From assembly GCA_043228905.1 (NCBI GenBank), contig JBHGNT010000018.1, positions 8,432,001-8,496,000 on the forward strand: a DNA stretch of 64,000 nt. The letters run 5' to 3'. Of this stretch, positions 10,900-25,518 are shown piece by piece. Each line of letters starts with the position of its first letter. Positions within the stretch are counted from its first letter, which is position 1. Source of the DNA: Azolla caroliniana. Its lineage: Eukaryota > Plantae > Polypodiophyta. Both the position numbers and the translations under genes were made by a program. The notes under the pieces were generated by a model. It saw nothing but the letters and a program-made list of their open reading frames with translations. It was not told where the DNA came from and did not search any database.

Positions 10900-12587
10900 T
10901 TGTGTTCGGATCGCCAAATTGCATTTGATATATGCAAGCCATGTTGTGGGAATATTTTTCTTTCAAATTTTGGAAAGGAAAACTTGAGGGGGTTGCAACA
11001 TAAGTATTTGTCACTTAATGGCGACGAACAAGATACTTTCTTGATTTCACATATGCAACTGTTAAGGACCACGCCGCAATTTCAAGTTCTCTACATGTGG
11101 AATATTACCTTTCACTTAGTATTAAGAGTTGTCGAGTAGCTTTTAAGATTGCTTTTAGCATTCGTAACATGAGGCTCTAGAGAATTCAACATCAGTTAGA
11201 TAAGGGCCCGTGGGTACCTTTCAACAATACAGAATCTGCATGTAAGGGTCTAATTGGGCGGCATGCCGTGAGATGGATGGAGACATATTTCTTGAAGCAA
11301 TGTGATGTTATGCCCACCACTGGAAGATTACATTTGTCAGATAACTTCACTCGTCGTGAGGTGTACCAAGCGTATAAGGATGACATGTTATTAGAAAGTG
11401 TACCTTACATACAATATCGGCATTTTAATTGAATATGGAGATTGAAGTTTAACAATGTGATCATACCCCGCAAGGTCCGGATGGGTGTTTGCTCTGTATG
11501 TGCAAGCTTAAAAAGCATGGCAAAGAGTGGGACAACATATGAAGAAATAAAAAATTATAAGAATTTATTAAAAGAATATCGAGGAAGTTAAATATTGGAA
11601 AGATCTAAACCTATGCACCATCGGCAAAAAGCACTTCAATCACCGGAAAGGTATATGTGCTTGATTATAGATGGGATGGATCAGAAGAAAACTTGTTTGC
11701 CACACTTTCTAAGGTTGCCCAAGGATATTGGAGATGAATGCCTAGTGCAGATGCACTTAGTAGGTTGTCTTCTATATTGTCAGACAATAAGGCCTCAAGT
11801 GTTCCTAACTTATCCAAATATCCACAATGACCCTAATCTTACATTAACAGTGATGCAAAGAGTTTTGCAGACTTGGAAAGGTTTACTCCCGCTAGTACTA
11901 TACGTGCAACTAGACAACATGGCGAGTGAAAACAAGAACTCGACTGTGTTTGGTTATTTAAGCATGTTAGCAAACAGGGGTATTTTCAAAAAGATTAAGG
12001 TCAACTTCTTACTAGTTGGTCACACACATGATCACATAGATCAAATGTTTAGTCGGTTCTCCAAGAAATTAGCGAGATGTGATGCTTTCACACTTCCTAT
12101 GTTGTCAAAGTTTATCATTGAAATTATTAAAAATGATGAAGGCAATCAAGTTCAATCCATTGTGGTTCATTGGTAGCATACCTCTTCCAAAGATGTATTT
12201 ACTAGGAAGTACTCTTTAGAGATGGTTAAGGATGCCAAAGGCACAAGCAGAAAGAAGATAAGAAAGAATCTACCCAACACGTCTACTCTAACACTTGATA
12301 ATGTCGACATACTCGTGTATGACTTCTCATTGACCAAAATAGGCCATCTAAGACAGACTACAATCAAGATAATAAAAGTGAAGGTCCCAAATGTGCATGT
12401 TGATGCATTACAGATACGAACAAGGAGTATGCCTCATAATCATGATGATGTTGGATTGCAATTGGATGAAGACAATGCATTGGTTGCTAGTGATGATGAG
12501 GATGAGACCTCACAAAGCTCTTCTAGTTCATTAGGTGGGTCTAAAAGGGAAGGTGTATCTTTGGGAAGTGATGGATCTCATATATGA
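10900..12587 (+). pseudogene. Degenerate DDE transposase, Sola-like
   Basis: Motifs IIDGMDQ, VQLDNMASENKN, FLLVGHTHDHIDQMFS; upstream CSVC motif (~11490); stops and frameshifts. Confidence 0.72.
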
Positions 12588-13286
12588 AATGTAAATATTG
12601 TATGTTACATCAATATGGTGATTCACAAATATGTATATACATGTTAGTCATTTTGTAATTTTTGTATGTTCTCTTGTAAATTTCGCGTGTCAATTATTAG
12701 GGGCATTTTTTGAAAACCCTAAAATTTTGGACATGGTATAAATCAATTCAATTTCCAAAAACTTTTATGCATGTGATGGTCCTTTTTGTGAAATGACCTA
12801 CTTTGTGTCTTTTTTGGACAGATTGTTCTTAAATTGCGACATATTACCTGTTTCAAATGACTCGGTGTTCCTTATGTTCTAGATAGTCCAAAACTATTTT
12901 CCTTTTTTGGAGTTGTTGAACGAAAATTGTTGGGCATTTAGTAGGTTTTTATAAAAGGACGAAGGGGATTAATATAGCAACAGTCTTCTTAAGCCATAAC
13001 TATGTAACAGTGTAATTGTCTCTTACTCTTCTCTTTATCTCTGTGTATACTCTCTTGAATAGGAACATAGCTTCATATCTCCATCCTGTGCTTGCTTGCT
13101 AACTCCATAGTAAGATCCACACACGCTTCCGTACTAGTCAACCCATCATCACACAACAACCAACAAAGACACATCTAGTGTCAACAATTCCTCTATCCAT
13201 ATTCCTATATGTTCTTGTCCGGAAGATGAAAGGCTTATCTTTGTGTTAGTTCACTTTGTCAACTGCAGAGGATCTTCAACCCTCGC

Positions 13287-13751
13287 GCTCTGATACCATG
13301 TAAAAGAATAGTGTATGCAAAAGCTTGTACATAGGACACAACCGTCTCAACCAAACACTAGAAGACAATTAGGTAAAACACAGGGATGGGGAATACACAG
13401 AGAGGGAGAGGCTGGGAGAGTAGACAACAAAAAATGATATTCAAAAACATGACTCAGTACTCAATACATACAAATGTGCTCACGGAGCCCTTTATATACA
13501 AGCCTTGACAATGGGTTGACACAAGTACTGACAAGCACTTTAATGCTCACATAATAGCATCTGACACTGATTGTACCTGATATTCCTACTATTAAGAATA
13601 GGAAAAAGGCCTCCAACGGCTTGTCGGCTTTCCCGACCGATCCAGCTGTCGGCTTCTTCAGCCGATAAGGTATCCTACCTTCAACCAGTCCAACTTCATG
13701 TTGAGTTGGTCTCTCAACACCTTTCAAGTAGCACACGCACACACGTTTACA
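13287..13751 (-). mobile_element. 5' LTR (13299-13751) plus tRNA-iMet PBS of a truncated LTR element
   Basis: Minus strand TGGTATCAGAGC directly after the LTR end; termini TGTAA...TTACA; minus-strand TATATAAA at ~13495. Confidence 0.7.
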
Positions 13752-13774
13752 CACATCTTGTGCTTCATGAACCG

Positions 13775-13945
13775 ATGAAGTTTTCTATGGGTAAGTGTGC
13801 TAAATTAGCCCCATGCTTTTGTGTACCTTTTACAGTCATCAAGCATATTAGTTCATCTCCTTATCACGTCGACCTTCCAACTCGCATCAAAGTTCATCTT
13901 GTCTTTCATGTTAGTCATCTCAAAAAGCTCTTGGTTTTTTATGAT
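13775..13945 (+). pseudogene. Gypsy integrase C-terminal (GPY/F) remnant
   Basis: KLAPCFCVPFTVIKHI...YHVDLP...VHLVFHVSHLKK. Confidence 0.7.
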
Positions 13946-13968
13946 AATCCTAATTCTATTAAAACCCT

Positions 13969-14110
13969 AGTTACTTTTCAAGATTTAGCATCCAAATCTC
14001 ATAGGTATTTAGCATCATACATTCTCGTTACTTTTCAAGATTTAGCATCCAAATCTCATAAACATTTGGCTTCATTCATTCTAGATACTTTTCAGGATTT
14101 AGCTTCATAC
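13969..14110. repeat. ~57-bp tandem repeat, about 2.5 copies
   Basis: TACTTTTCAAGATTTAGCATCC recurs at ~13972, ~14029 and (diverged) ~14086. Confidence 0.75.
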
Positions 14111-14419
14111 ACATGTGCTTTCTTCTTCTTCAAACCCAAGGTACAATCCATGTCTAAATTTGCTATTACGGGGCACCAATGAGGGATTCGGATCCGTCTC
14201 TCTCCTTCACTAGGGGTTGCTTAGGTGGACTAACACCTTTCTTCCTTACTTTCTCATTAATTTTGCTTAACGTTAATTTAGATTATTACACTCTTGTACT
14301 TATTTTCATCAATCATAGTTAAAGGTTCAAACCACTTCATTGTCATTATAGCTTTCTTTTCTACTCAAGGTGCTTAAGAATATCCCCCTAGTGAGGGTCT
14401 AAACAATGTCACACACCAA

Positions 14420-14642
14420 CTCTTGTACTACATTCATCGTAAATAAGAGAACATTGCAAACCCCTTCATCCAATCTTTGTCTTGTTCTCCATTCATCGTA
14501 AAAAAGAGAACATTACAAACCACTTCATCCAATCTTTCTCTTATTCCCCAACTTTTGGTTTTCTAGACAACATCAGACACCCATTCTTGTACTACATCCA
14601 TCATAAACAAGAAAACATTGCAAATGTCTGAACATCCAATCC
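14420..14642. repeat. Degenerate tandem repeat, 3 copies
   Basis: ATTCATCGTAAA.AAGAGAACATT.CAAACC...CATCCAATC at ~14432, ~14492 and ~14595. Confidence 0.65.
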
Positions 14643-14679
14643 TTTGTCAAAGTGCCACAGGCACTATAGTCAGGCAAAC

Positions 14680-17498
14680 AGCCGACCTACGATAGGCTGC
14701 ATATATTCGGATGCAAAGCCTACGCATTCATCCCCAAGGATAAAAGAACAAATTTGGCACCCCATGCAACGAAATGCATATTTCTCGGTTATGGAACCAA
14801 TGGGGAATTCGGCTACAGGCTATGGGATCCTGAGAACCAGAAACTGATCCGGAGCAGTGACGTAGTCTTCAATGAAGACTCTGTCTTCTCTCAGTGGAAC
14901 CAGCACAAAATTGTTGGTAAAAAGGTATCCTTCCAAGATGACAGAGATGTCGTAGAAGGACCCACCCACCGGGCCAACTCAAAGATTCGACAAATAGTCA
15001 AACTCGAACAAGCCGACAACATACCTACTGATTCCGAATCGGTAGGAAGTCCACTAGTCGAACTCGAAGACAAAGCCATCAACGACAGAGCTGATTCGAC
15101 AAGAGTTGAAGCAAGCAAAGTCAACAAGATGCAAGTAGGAAACAAAACCAAGTTGACAAACTCCATAGGGGAGAACAATGTGACACCACCGAAATCCCGA
15201 CATGGGGGCGGGTCACCTAACAAGACTCCTGACACAAACGGTTCAACAAGTATCGATCGACCTACAGAATCGATCAAAGACTCCAAACCTCTTAACTCGG
15301 CACCCAGGAGATCTGGACGAGCTCGAAGGCAAACAGAGTTCTACCAACTAGGCCTCGACTACGTCAACTACACTGATGTCGGTGAACCAAGCACATATGA
15401 AGAAGCTATGACCGCACCAGACGTTGAAACATGGCTACAAGCCATGGAATCCGAAATGGACTCGATTCACCAGAATCAAACTTGGGAGATGGTCGAACTA
15501 CCAGCTAGAAGAAAGCCGCTACCTTGCAAATGGGTATTCCAATACAACTATGTATCTGACTCAGAAAAACCCAAGTACAAAGTTCGGGTTGTCACGAAAG
15601 GGTTCAAGCAAGAACATGGGATCGACTACAATGAGATATTCTCACCAATACTCAAGTTGACCACCCTCAGACTCCTACTAAGAGTTGTAGTGACAAAAGA
15701 TCTTGAGCTTGAGCAGATGGGCGTAAAGACGGCATTCCTACATGGAGATCTGGAAGACATCTACATGTCTCAACAGGCTGGCTTCTTGGCGACGGGGGAG
15801 GAAAGACACCTCTCATATGTCGATTAAAGAAAAGTCTATATGGCTTGAAACAAGCACCGAGGATGTGGTACCAAAAGTTTGACTCTTACATCAAGCAACT
15901 TGGATACTTCAAAACTGACTCCGACCCATGTATGTATGTTCGGCAACTAGCCGATGAGTCCAGGATCTATCTGATCCTATATGTCAACGACATGTTGATT
16001 GCAGGAAGCAATCAAGTAGAGATCGGAAAGCTGAAGCGGAGCCTTCACGACAAGTTCGCGATGAAGGAACTCGGACAAGCCCAACAAATACTGGGCATGA
16101 GGATCGAGCGAACCGACTCTCCCAGTCCGACTATATCCAGAAGGTGTTGAAGCGCTTCAACATGGAGAATGCGAAGCCACTACCAACACTACTTCCGACG
16201 TTGATCCGATTATCGGATAGAGACTCTCCTTCAACGAACAAGGAGAGAGAGCTTAATGGAAAGATGCCCTACACATCGGTCGTAGGAAGTATCATGTACG
16301 CAATGGTGGCGACCCTACCCGACCTAGCCTATGCCATAGGGGTGGTCAGCCAGTACATGTCAAACCCCAGACAGAAGCATTGGGAGACCGTCAAGCACAT
16401 CTTCGGGTACCTAAGAGGGACCGAAGATACACAGCTGACTTTCAGTTTGACAACCTCAACCAAAGTTGAAGGCTACACCGATTCCAACTATGCTAGAAAT
16501 ACATATAATCGGAAATTGACATTAGGCTACATCTTCACCTATGGTGGTGGTGCAATATCATGGAGGTCGAAACTTCAAAAGTGCACGGCTCTGTCTACCA
16601 CAGAAGCCGAGTACATAGCGGCATCAGAAGCAGCAAAGGAAACGATTTGGTTGCACTGATTGTCTGCAGACTTCTCAGATACAAGCAGAAACGACCGGTT
16701 ATCGCCAACCATCCATTGCGACTCACAAAGCACAATATACCTCATCAACAATCCCGTCTACCACGCAAAGACGAAGCATATTGAGGTGCGGTATCATCAC
16801 ATCCACGAGCTCGTAACCGAGAAGAAGCTCGAAATCCGGAAAATCAACACCGAGGTGAATATCGCTGATTGCCTGACGAAGCCACTCCTAGATCTACGCT
16901 TCGAAGCATTAAGGACGAAGATGAGACTACGACAATCGACCAAGCAGAAGAAAGTCGAACGAGGGACAATAGGTAAGACCTAATCAGAACAACTATATCT
17001 ACAATTACTATACCTCTGCCGACTCGGCCGCATGCTGACTAACTTGTACTGTAAATTTAGGATAATCTTATAATCTAGATTTACGGGGGAGATAACCCCA
17101 AACATTTGTATACACAAGAAAGAGTAGTCCTTTTACGGGGGAGTTTGTTGGCATAAAAGACCGACTCCTTCCAATTTGTATCCATCCTAGTGTGAACTTG
17201 TCCACATAGTTAGGGCTTAGTATATAAGCAATAACCTAACGTTGTAAAGTATACAGATCCACATTGTATCAAGTCTTTGAGTGAGAGAGAGAGTGAGAGA
17301 GTGAGAGAACGTAATAAAGCTTTCCATTAAAGCTCGTTTCTGTGTAAGTCTCCACCCTCCTCCCTTTCTGTGTTGTTTTCGGAGTACGCAAACAGGTTCT
17401 CATACACACACACCTACCAAACCTTCCACACTATGTTAGCTCCTAGGTCAAAGGTTGACCATTGTCGAACATATGTCAACATTGAGGTTTCCCCAACA
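14680..17498 (+). mobile_element. Ty1/Copia retrotransposon, second family, 5'-truncated
   Basis: KCIFLGYG..GYRLWDP, RT VKTAFLHGDLE/KQAPRMWY/LYVNDMLI, RNase H ALSTTEAEY and KTKHIEVRYH; PPT GGGGGAG; 3' LTR 17146-17498 (TGTTGG...CCAACA). Confidence 0.92.
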
Positions 17499-20400
17499 CA
17501 TGGATGAGCTCACAAGTGCAAGGTTGAATCATTCCAAACAAGGTATGTTTTCCCAATATACGCAAGTGTTATCTCCTAGGTCTAATGAAAACCATTGACA
17601 ACTTGAAGCATCATAGACAATGAGAACCTTACTCATCAAGAATGAATGTATACATAGATTATCTCATTGTTAACCATCAATATATATATATACACACACA
17701 CACATGTGTGTGTGTGTGTGCGCCCTCGCACGACTACAAATATACAACACTTATAATGAATGGTCAACAATTCCCCTACCAAATGCTTCTCAATTTATTC
17801 ACTCCAGATTGCTCATTGAAAGAATGGTCCATGGGGTCAATATTAAACCAAAAACAAATATATACAAGCTTATTTCGAAATCCCTACAGTGCTCAATTCA
17901 CTTGGAATTAATCCATCTTGGCATAAGTGGGTCTCTTCTATTTAATGATAGTGAGACATCAAGTTGTTTAAAAATTCTCTACATATACTATATGAGAACA
18001 ACAGTTCAAGAGTATCCCCCTCAAGCTTGAAATTCTTGCTCCCCTAAAGATGCCATATTTGTTAAGAGTGACGCCACTTCTACATGCCCAACACATGACA
18101 AACTAACATGTGTGTTATTAAATCTATATGAAAATTGATATTATAATGTTAATTTAGTATGGTTTAAGACGAAGCTTTACTATCAACAAGAAAAACAAGA
18201 TCCATATTGATATACTTATTACTCTTTATATAGAATATGTACCATCACTCCATTTTAGATTTACTTTATATTTTATATCACTTATGTGTAGGTTGTGAGT
18301 TATGCCCATGCTTGTCCATCATGAAATATATATGGGAGTCAAAACAATCTAGAATAGTGTTGTGATATATTATCCCTAGACTACCTTAAAGACACACCGA
18401 GAAGGACAAAAAGATATAGCAAAAGCAAAAGAGATCCCCTTTGAGCTGTAGGAAGTAAAAACGCTTGAACTAACATTTTCTTACTCACCACGATATTACA
18501 ACATACCAAATCAGCCAGAAAAATGTTTGCTATAGTAGGTACAAATTTAGCAAGGAAATTAAGAGACACACTATGATGAATATTTATAACATTGAAAAAC
18601 AACATTGACATAGAACAAGGTCAAGCTCTCTTTAATGTGGGGACAAAACACAATAAGGTAGGGTATAGATGAATATGATCTTTCATCTTTTTTTACATAA
18701 CTTAGGACAAAACAAAGATGTTTATTCAAATGCTCTAGTAGCAATATATTGAACAAGATACTATTATACTAACATAACCAATAATATCAATTGGATGGCT
18801 CATGGAGTACATGATAGTGAGTAAACTCACGCTCAAGCTCAAACGGTTTGTGTCAATTGAATCAACAGTATGTTATATGCATGCATGATGTCCAATAATA
18901 TAAAAAGAGAGATTTCATGAAAGAGATGGAGTGACATATGAACATTATAAGACACTTCATCTATTAAACATGTAGTGAGTGAAAGAAATTGCATCACAGA
19001 TTCTAATAAATTTGTTTTTTCCCAATCTCCAAAAAGTTATGGCCCCAAAGAATGTGTGGGCACATTGGCATATAGGAGCATGCACACACAATAAACCCAT
19101 TTTTGCTTTTAACATGAGTAGGACTACTCACTAAACTATGAGTTTTGAAGAATTATATGAAGAATGAATGCCTCTTCTTTTGTCATAATGAATATTGAGA
19201 TCATATAATGTAAAAGCTTTGAACACCCACAATTTCTAGTCGATAAGTTCATTCATTAGTCATAGATAAGAAAAATATTGTGATAACACAACTTTATGTG
19301 TAGTTAATTAAGAATGGAGAACACGTCAAAAGTCCCCTAAGTTTTTCACAATTTATCAGAATATCCCTCTGCTTCAATTGTTTTGTTTACCCAAGAATAC
19401 CACTGACCTCTTTCAAAAATTATCATGATACCCTACATTTATTTTTACTTTATCCTAGAATACTCCTAACTTCTATCAAATTAACACAAATAATGAAATG
19501 AACGTTAACTACTTAAATGAAATTCCCATAATAATCCCACTTTCTAATTCAATCAATTTAAGCCAAATACCTAGATCACCTGAACTTTTGAAAATTATCA
19601 TGATACCCTATCAACGCATTTAGCTACATTAATTGCACTAACAATAAGTTACTAATTTAATTATGAAAATGCCAATGGTATTTTTAGTTTGTCTTTCCTT
19701 ATAAAATGGTCATTTAAAAAAAGTTTGCCTACTGATTCACTTCTACAAATGTCAATAAGATTGATGACTTTGTAGGTTAGAGAACTTTATATAATAAGAA
19801 CAACATGAAGGTCTTAGGTGACTATACAACTTTCTTATATTTCACACATGGGGTTATGTTTATCCTTAAGACTAGTATACATGTATGATTGTCATGTTGG
19901 GACTACCTTGGTTGTCATATTATCCCACGGTCCACCCTTGTTGAAAACAATTTCACTTCAAAAATGAATATAGGAAATAATTTATGGAGTGTAGCTTCTT
20001 CTTCCAAGTTGGTGTTGTTGACCAACTTGTTAAGCCATCAACATCTCACCGCTTTAGTAGGAACTTACAATAAACATAATGATGTGTTTGCTTGTCTTGC
20101 AAGTGTAAAACAAGTTCCATATCATATGATAACACATTACATGCATTTGATATATCATTACAGGTGCAAGACTAACGGTTTTGAACACCCTACAATACTC
20201 TAGTTGAAATGGATAACATGAGAAACATGAACCTTATTGAACAAAGGTAAAACCAACTTGCACTGGTTCGCAAATCATGTTGACAAGTTGTCACGAACTT
20301 TGGTATGCATGTCTTCACCTTTCTTGAAGGTAGCAATTTAATTTATATGTTGAATAATTTTGTTGGTCTTTATTTTATTGTTTGCTTTTAAACATCTAGG

Positions 20401-22977
20401 ACTTCCATCTTGGAGTAATGTAGTGGATATTGCAAAACCACTACCCTCAAATTCCAACACAAACAACTTATTGAGAGACAATATGTTAAGAGTCTATTAC
20501 TAATCAATAGAGCAAAATAAAGTAAAAACAAGGTAAATAGATTGGATAGAAGAACCTATTCCACCTGACCACTCCCGAGCTATGATCAAGACATAGTCAA
20601 CCTACCACTGATGTCAATTACTGCCGGATATTAGGATGACTAATACCTTGGAAGAGATTAACATGATCGTTGTGACGAAAGCCTAGCCCACACCACTAGT
20701 GTCTAAGGCCGTAGCATTCCAACATAATATCCTTATGAGGGTAGCTAAGCCCCATATTTTTAACTCTCTAGGCTTCTTGAATAGATGTGCCGTTCTAAAA
20801 GACTCTCCATTCATTGGTTGACAAGCCCATGATAGTGCATGCACCTATCATTCCTTCTATCCAATCACATTAGTCCCTTTCTAACATTAGTGAACATACC
20901 CTTCACTTATGTAAATATTAGTGACCTACCCTCACCTATGTTATGTGTACATAACACAAAATAGGTAGCAATGGAGTGGTAGAGATCTTAATCATCTTTG
21001 AAACCCTACGATTCCAAAGCATCCCCATACAAAGGAATGACCCTTATTCCTTAATTGGGTAATCATGGTCAATGTCACTCAACAATGAGTAGGGTGGCTC
21101 TTAACGACGGCTAGGACAACAAAGGCAATAGTTGACGACAACTAAGAGTGTCAAAATTAGAATCGAGAATGTGGGGGAAACACACCTCTTTTTCATTGTG
21201 TCTAAAAAAAGTGTTCTTTTCCTTATAAAAAAAAGGAATTCCTTTCTCAAAAAGCAAGCACTATCATGACTTTTTTGTGACACAACAAAAACGTGATAGT
21301 GACTCTCCTTCCAAACATCCAAAATATAGTCATGTTTCTCCATGCCTTAGTTTTTTTACCTAGGTTTCAGACATAGGAGCTATATTTAGACCCTAGGCCT
21401 TCATACACTAGTAATTGTCATGTTGGGACTCTTTTAGTCCTCATAGCATCCCTAAAGCCAAACTCAATTGGTGTCATATCCATTGAAGATTATTTTCTTG
21501 GATTTCCAATCTTCAATAGTGGATCATATCCATTCCTAATTCATTAACATGTTTTCCAAACAGATTCCAATAATTATGCTATTAAAAGATTTACATACGA
21601 TGGGATGTGGATCCTAATATTTAGAATAAATGTAAATCTTAAATCATTTTGATGGGGTGTGAAAGCCTCATTGACATGTATCATAATGGGCGTAACCCTC
21701 TTGAGTGAGACATTGGGATATAGCGGTCAAAATGGTGTGGACATGGATGAACATGACATGTGAAATCCATGTATTAAAAATAATGGGAATGGCCATTTAT
21801 TAGACATACTAGGCTTGAATAAATTTTATTGCCTCCCTTTTTCATAGGGTGCCTAACCCATCACAAGTTCTAGTGGATGTACTATCAAAAAGTGGTCGGG
21901 GGTCAATATGTCATTTCTTATCTTCATAGCTGATTTCATTCCATTGTCGATCAATTTAAATGTCCTTATATTTGTCACATTATTGTCTTATCCATCCTTT
22001 TTTCATGGAATGAAGTATGTGAATAATGCATTTTGTTATTATAAATCAATAGTCATTATTTTCAACTCTAGGTAGAGGAATGAGAATTTGTTAAGCCAAT
22101 TTCTTAGGGGTTTAGACTAGAACCCCACAAACTTGAGGTTATAAAGTGCTCAATCTTAACCTCCTACATCATCATTTTAATCTATGTCTAAATGGGGAAT
22201 GTTTATATATTATGATTAAGCATATAACACACTATTTCTAACTAGTTTCTAAACTGACAATTTTGCTTCTTTTATGGCACTTACATCACCCTCAATGTTT
22301 ATTTCTCGTTATTCTTATTGTTTTCATGTAAGAAGAGAAACGACTTGGGCACGATCCGAATATCTCAACTTATATACTTGTTAAAAACCTAAATATTATT
22401 TAGTATGATGTCTTCTTTCTCACCAAGGTACATCAATGAGCATATACCATGTAAATCTCATATTTATAATCGATGAGATGAGTGACCCGTATTGATATAC
22501 TTGATCAAAGTCAATTCCTAACTTATATATTCATTTTTCCATGTGACTTCACTTCAATATATTTAATTTCATAATTCTATCATTCTATCTTGAGAAGTTT
22601 TCATATCTAAAATGCATACCTCTCTCACTATTCTAAAGGCCGACTTCCTTAAGATTTATTATAGAATCTAATATTGTGCGATGTTTTATTAGAAATTGAC
22701 TATAAAGGTACTCATTGTACCTCATTATTATATCTCTGTGAGATAGAACTTGGTGTGACCGCATGCATACACAAGGACACTTTTTGAGAGTTTATGAAAC
22801 GTCCTCATTCAATCAATGAACATTAACGAGTGTCGATTGAGAATTGAACTTATGCACCCAAAACACCACACAATACAAAATCCCCTCTACTACAAGTTAA
22901 CAAACACAATGTACTTTCACTTGAAATGCAAAAAATACTTCTTGTTCCTACCATATTAGTAATGATCTTATGGTAAA

Positions 22978-22979
<2 letters not shown>

Positions 22980-23016
<37 letters not shown>
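22980..23016. repeat. (CT)n microsatellite
   Basis: Direct reading; further (CT)n tracts at ~24013-24032 and ~24178-24208. Confidence 0.9.
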
Positions 23017-23018
<2 letters not shown>

Positions 23019-24047
23019 AACCTCAATATGATAGATAAACTTTCAAACGCTTCAACGCATTAGTAATCAAAGTCATGTTATATGGGGGTGGAGCTTTGGA
23101 TAGGAAACTCATGCCTTCTAGATGGAACAACATTTAAAAAAGTGCAAAAGAAGAAACCGTAATTATTTCTTCTAGTTGGGCCCAAGATGCAAGCAAATGC
23201 TTTAAGAGATGGAATCTTGACACACCACTCGAGCTACCAATTAATTATATCCTCATCAATAGACATACCATCAGGGTCAATAAATACATTCATAGTTAAA
23301 TGGCACGAGGATGCCAAAATATACAAATTAGAATATTATTGCACTCGCAAAAATCCACATGTTGGGATACCATTAAGAATGAGGGGGCACACCCAACCGT
23401 ATATCATCATCTTGGTGCCATTCAAAGAAAGACATACAATCAATCGTACCGTGATATTGCCATTGATAATGAAGCATGGAGAAGCCCACATCACATGTGT
23501 AGACTTTGCCCCAATAAGGAGATTGAGGATCAAGACCACCTCACAATGAAGCACCGGTAACCATTTCACAATACTTCCTCACCATCAATTACCTTATGCA
23601 CCAACCATGCCTCTAAGGTACTCACATCATATGCTCGCTAATTAAGCATATAAAGGAATAGACAAATACATGAACCACTTTGTCGACATCCTTTGCATTT
23701 GATGATAATACATTGTCTCACAATCTCTCTCAAAGTTCATGCTCCCCTTTCTCCTTTTTTTAAACCATTACTTTCATAAACTACATGCCATTGGTGTATC
23801 GAACTCAAGAACTCATGGTCTTCAACAAGTTGATAAAAGTATCTCAATTAAGACCTGATTGTTTCCACCCCTCTCTCTATCTCTTCGTAAATGTGTGTTT
23901 GTTATTAAAACAATATGACAATACAACCATTGCTATCTCCACTACTTCATTAGTAGCCATATGGCAAGGTAAACCCTCTCAAGTGTTGTAATACTAGATG
24001 AGATAAATCTACTCTCTCTCTCTCTCTCTCTCTTATTGTAATTATCT

Positions 24048-24106
24048 TACCCTAGTGGTAAGTTGTTAGCACTACAAGCATTGCGTTGTGGGTTCAAAAC
24101 CCAACT
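24048..24106 (+). other. Degenerate tRNA/SINE-head-like sequence
   Basis: TACCCTAGTGGTAAG ... GTGGGTTCAAAACCCA with tRNA-like box spacing. Confidence 0.4.
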
Positions 24107-24174
24107 TCTTCACCTCTGTACTTCTTATATGTCTCTCAATTCACTAGATGCCATTGTGGAATGTTGTGGTTTCT

Positions 24175-24213
<39 letters not shown>

Positions 24214-25462
24214 AAAGCGTGACAAAGCATACCTACAAATGTCTATATCAATAGAAAGCTATCAAACAAGGGGTTTGGATCTTGTTTCCAAGGCATTAAC
24301 CTCGTTCTTCTAGATGGGCATACTTCAAGTAAGATGTGACAAAAAATCAGTATAATTTTGGGAATGGAATTTTGACTTTTTTCTTTGATCATTGCTTCTA
24401 ACTTCTCAAGATTACAACCTTGATTGTTGATTTTGACTACTTTATTGCACCAACTTGATCATCCGCTTGGTACTTGATAGCCATCAATGTCATAAATGAA
24501 CAAGTTATTGTTGATCTTGAAGCTAGAAAGGCAACTTGAGGCACATAAACATGCATGCCAACACTAACACGTTGATCAAGTCTTTAAAGCTTTTCCTAGA
24601 TGCCATCTTCATTGTGTCCATTTAGAATTGGATTACCCCTAGCAATTAGGATACCTGAGGTGTGCTTCATGGAGTTGTTAAGGAAGAGATGTGATGCATG
24701 AAAAGAAAAATGGCGTTTTACTAAGATGCATTACCAAGATACACTCGATTTCAAATTCACACCCATGAATTCATGCTCTCACTTTATTACTGAGTCAATA
24801 TCTCATGGTTGATGCAAGCTTTCAATTCATTTTTAGACTCAAGAATAGAGAAGAAGCTGAAGTGGGATTCACATTAAACTACTCACTTAAAAATAATGCG
24901 GTGTTAAATTTGGAGGCATCTCTCATTAGAATTGTGTTTAGTTTCACACTCACACACATTACCACCTAGCTACATTCCCATCGTCGATGCATGATTGCAA
25001 TACATCACTCTGCTAACTACTCTTAGTAGTATGATTTAAGGTTCCACCCAATGGAAAGAAGTAACAACTATTTACATGGTGTATACTTGCAAATGGTTTA
25101 AGCAAGAAATTTACAACTACTCAGTTGGCAACCATGCATTGGATTATGGTTGATGCACTCCCATTGCTTATGCATTTAGAGGTATGTGTTTATACAACAA
25201 AGTCCTACGTGCTAGACAAGGAGTTGTCCCCAATGTAACTCGTATCATTTCTTGCGATCAATAACAATGTGGGACATGAACATGGATTGAGTCTCGACCC
25301 AGAGCTTATACGCTTTCAGGAAGACGATGGCGAATGAAGAAGTAAAGGTATGATCGTGATTCGTGAATGAGTTGCACACCGATTGGAGTAGCTAACTATT
25401 AGTATGGAATAAAGAAGCCTAATGGATTGATTGACTAGAGCTATATATGTATACACATTTAT

Positions 25463-25518
25463 ATGTATGTATGTATGTATGTATGTATGCATGCATGTAT
25501 GTTAATGTATGTATGTAT
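25463..25518. repeat. (TATG)n microsatellite upstream of TPS
   Basis: Direct reading. Confidence 0.85.

Noticed and set aside
13969-14642. CRISPR-like repeat array
   Set aside because: Eukaryotic context, degenerate tandem units without unique spacers, no cas genes
19320-19620. MITE/Mutator-like TIR (repeated AAAAATTATCATGATACCCT)
   Set aside because: No matching inverted partner or TSD found by eye
20550-20740. LINE endonuclease remnant (minus strand IRILCWNA)
   Set aside because: Only one short motif is recognisable; too decayed to support
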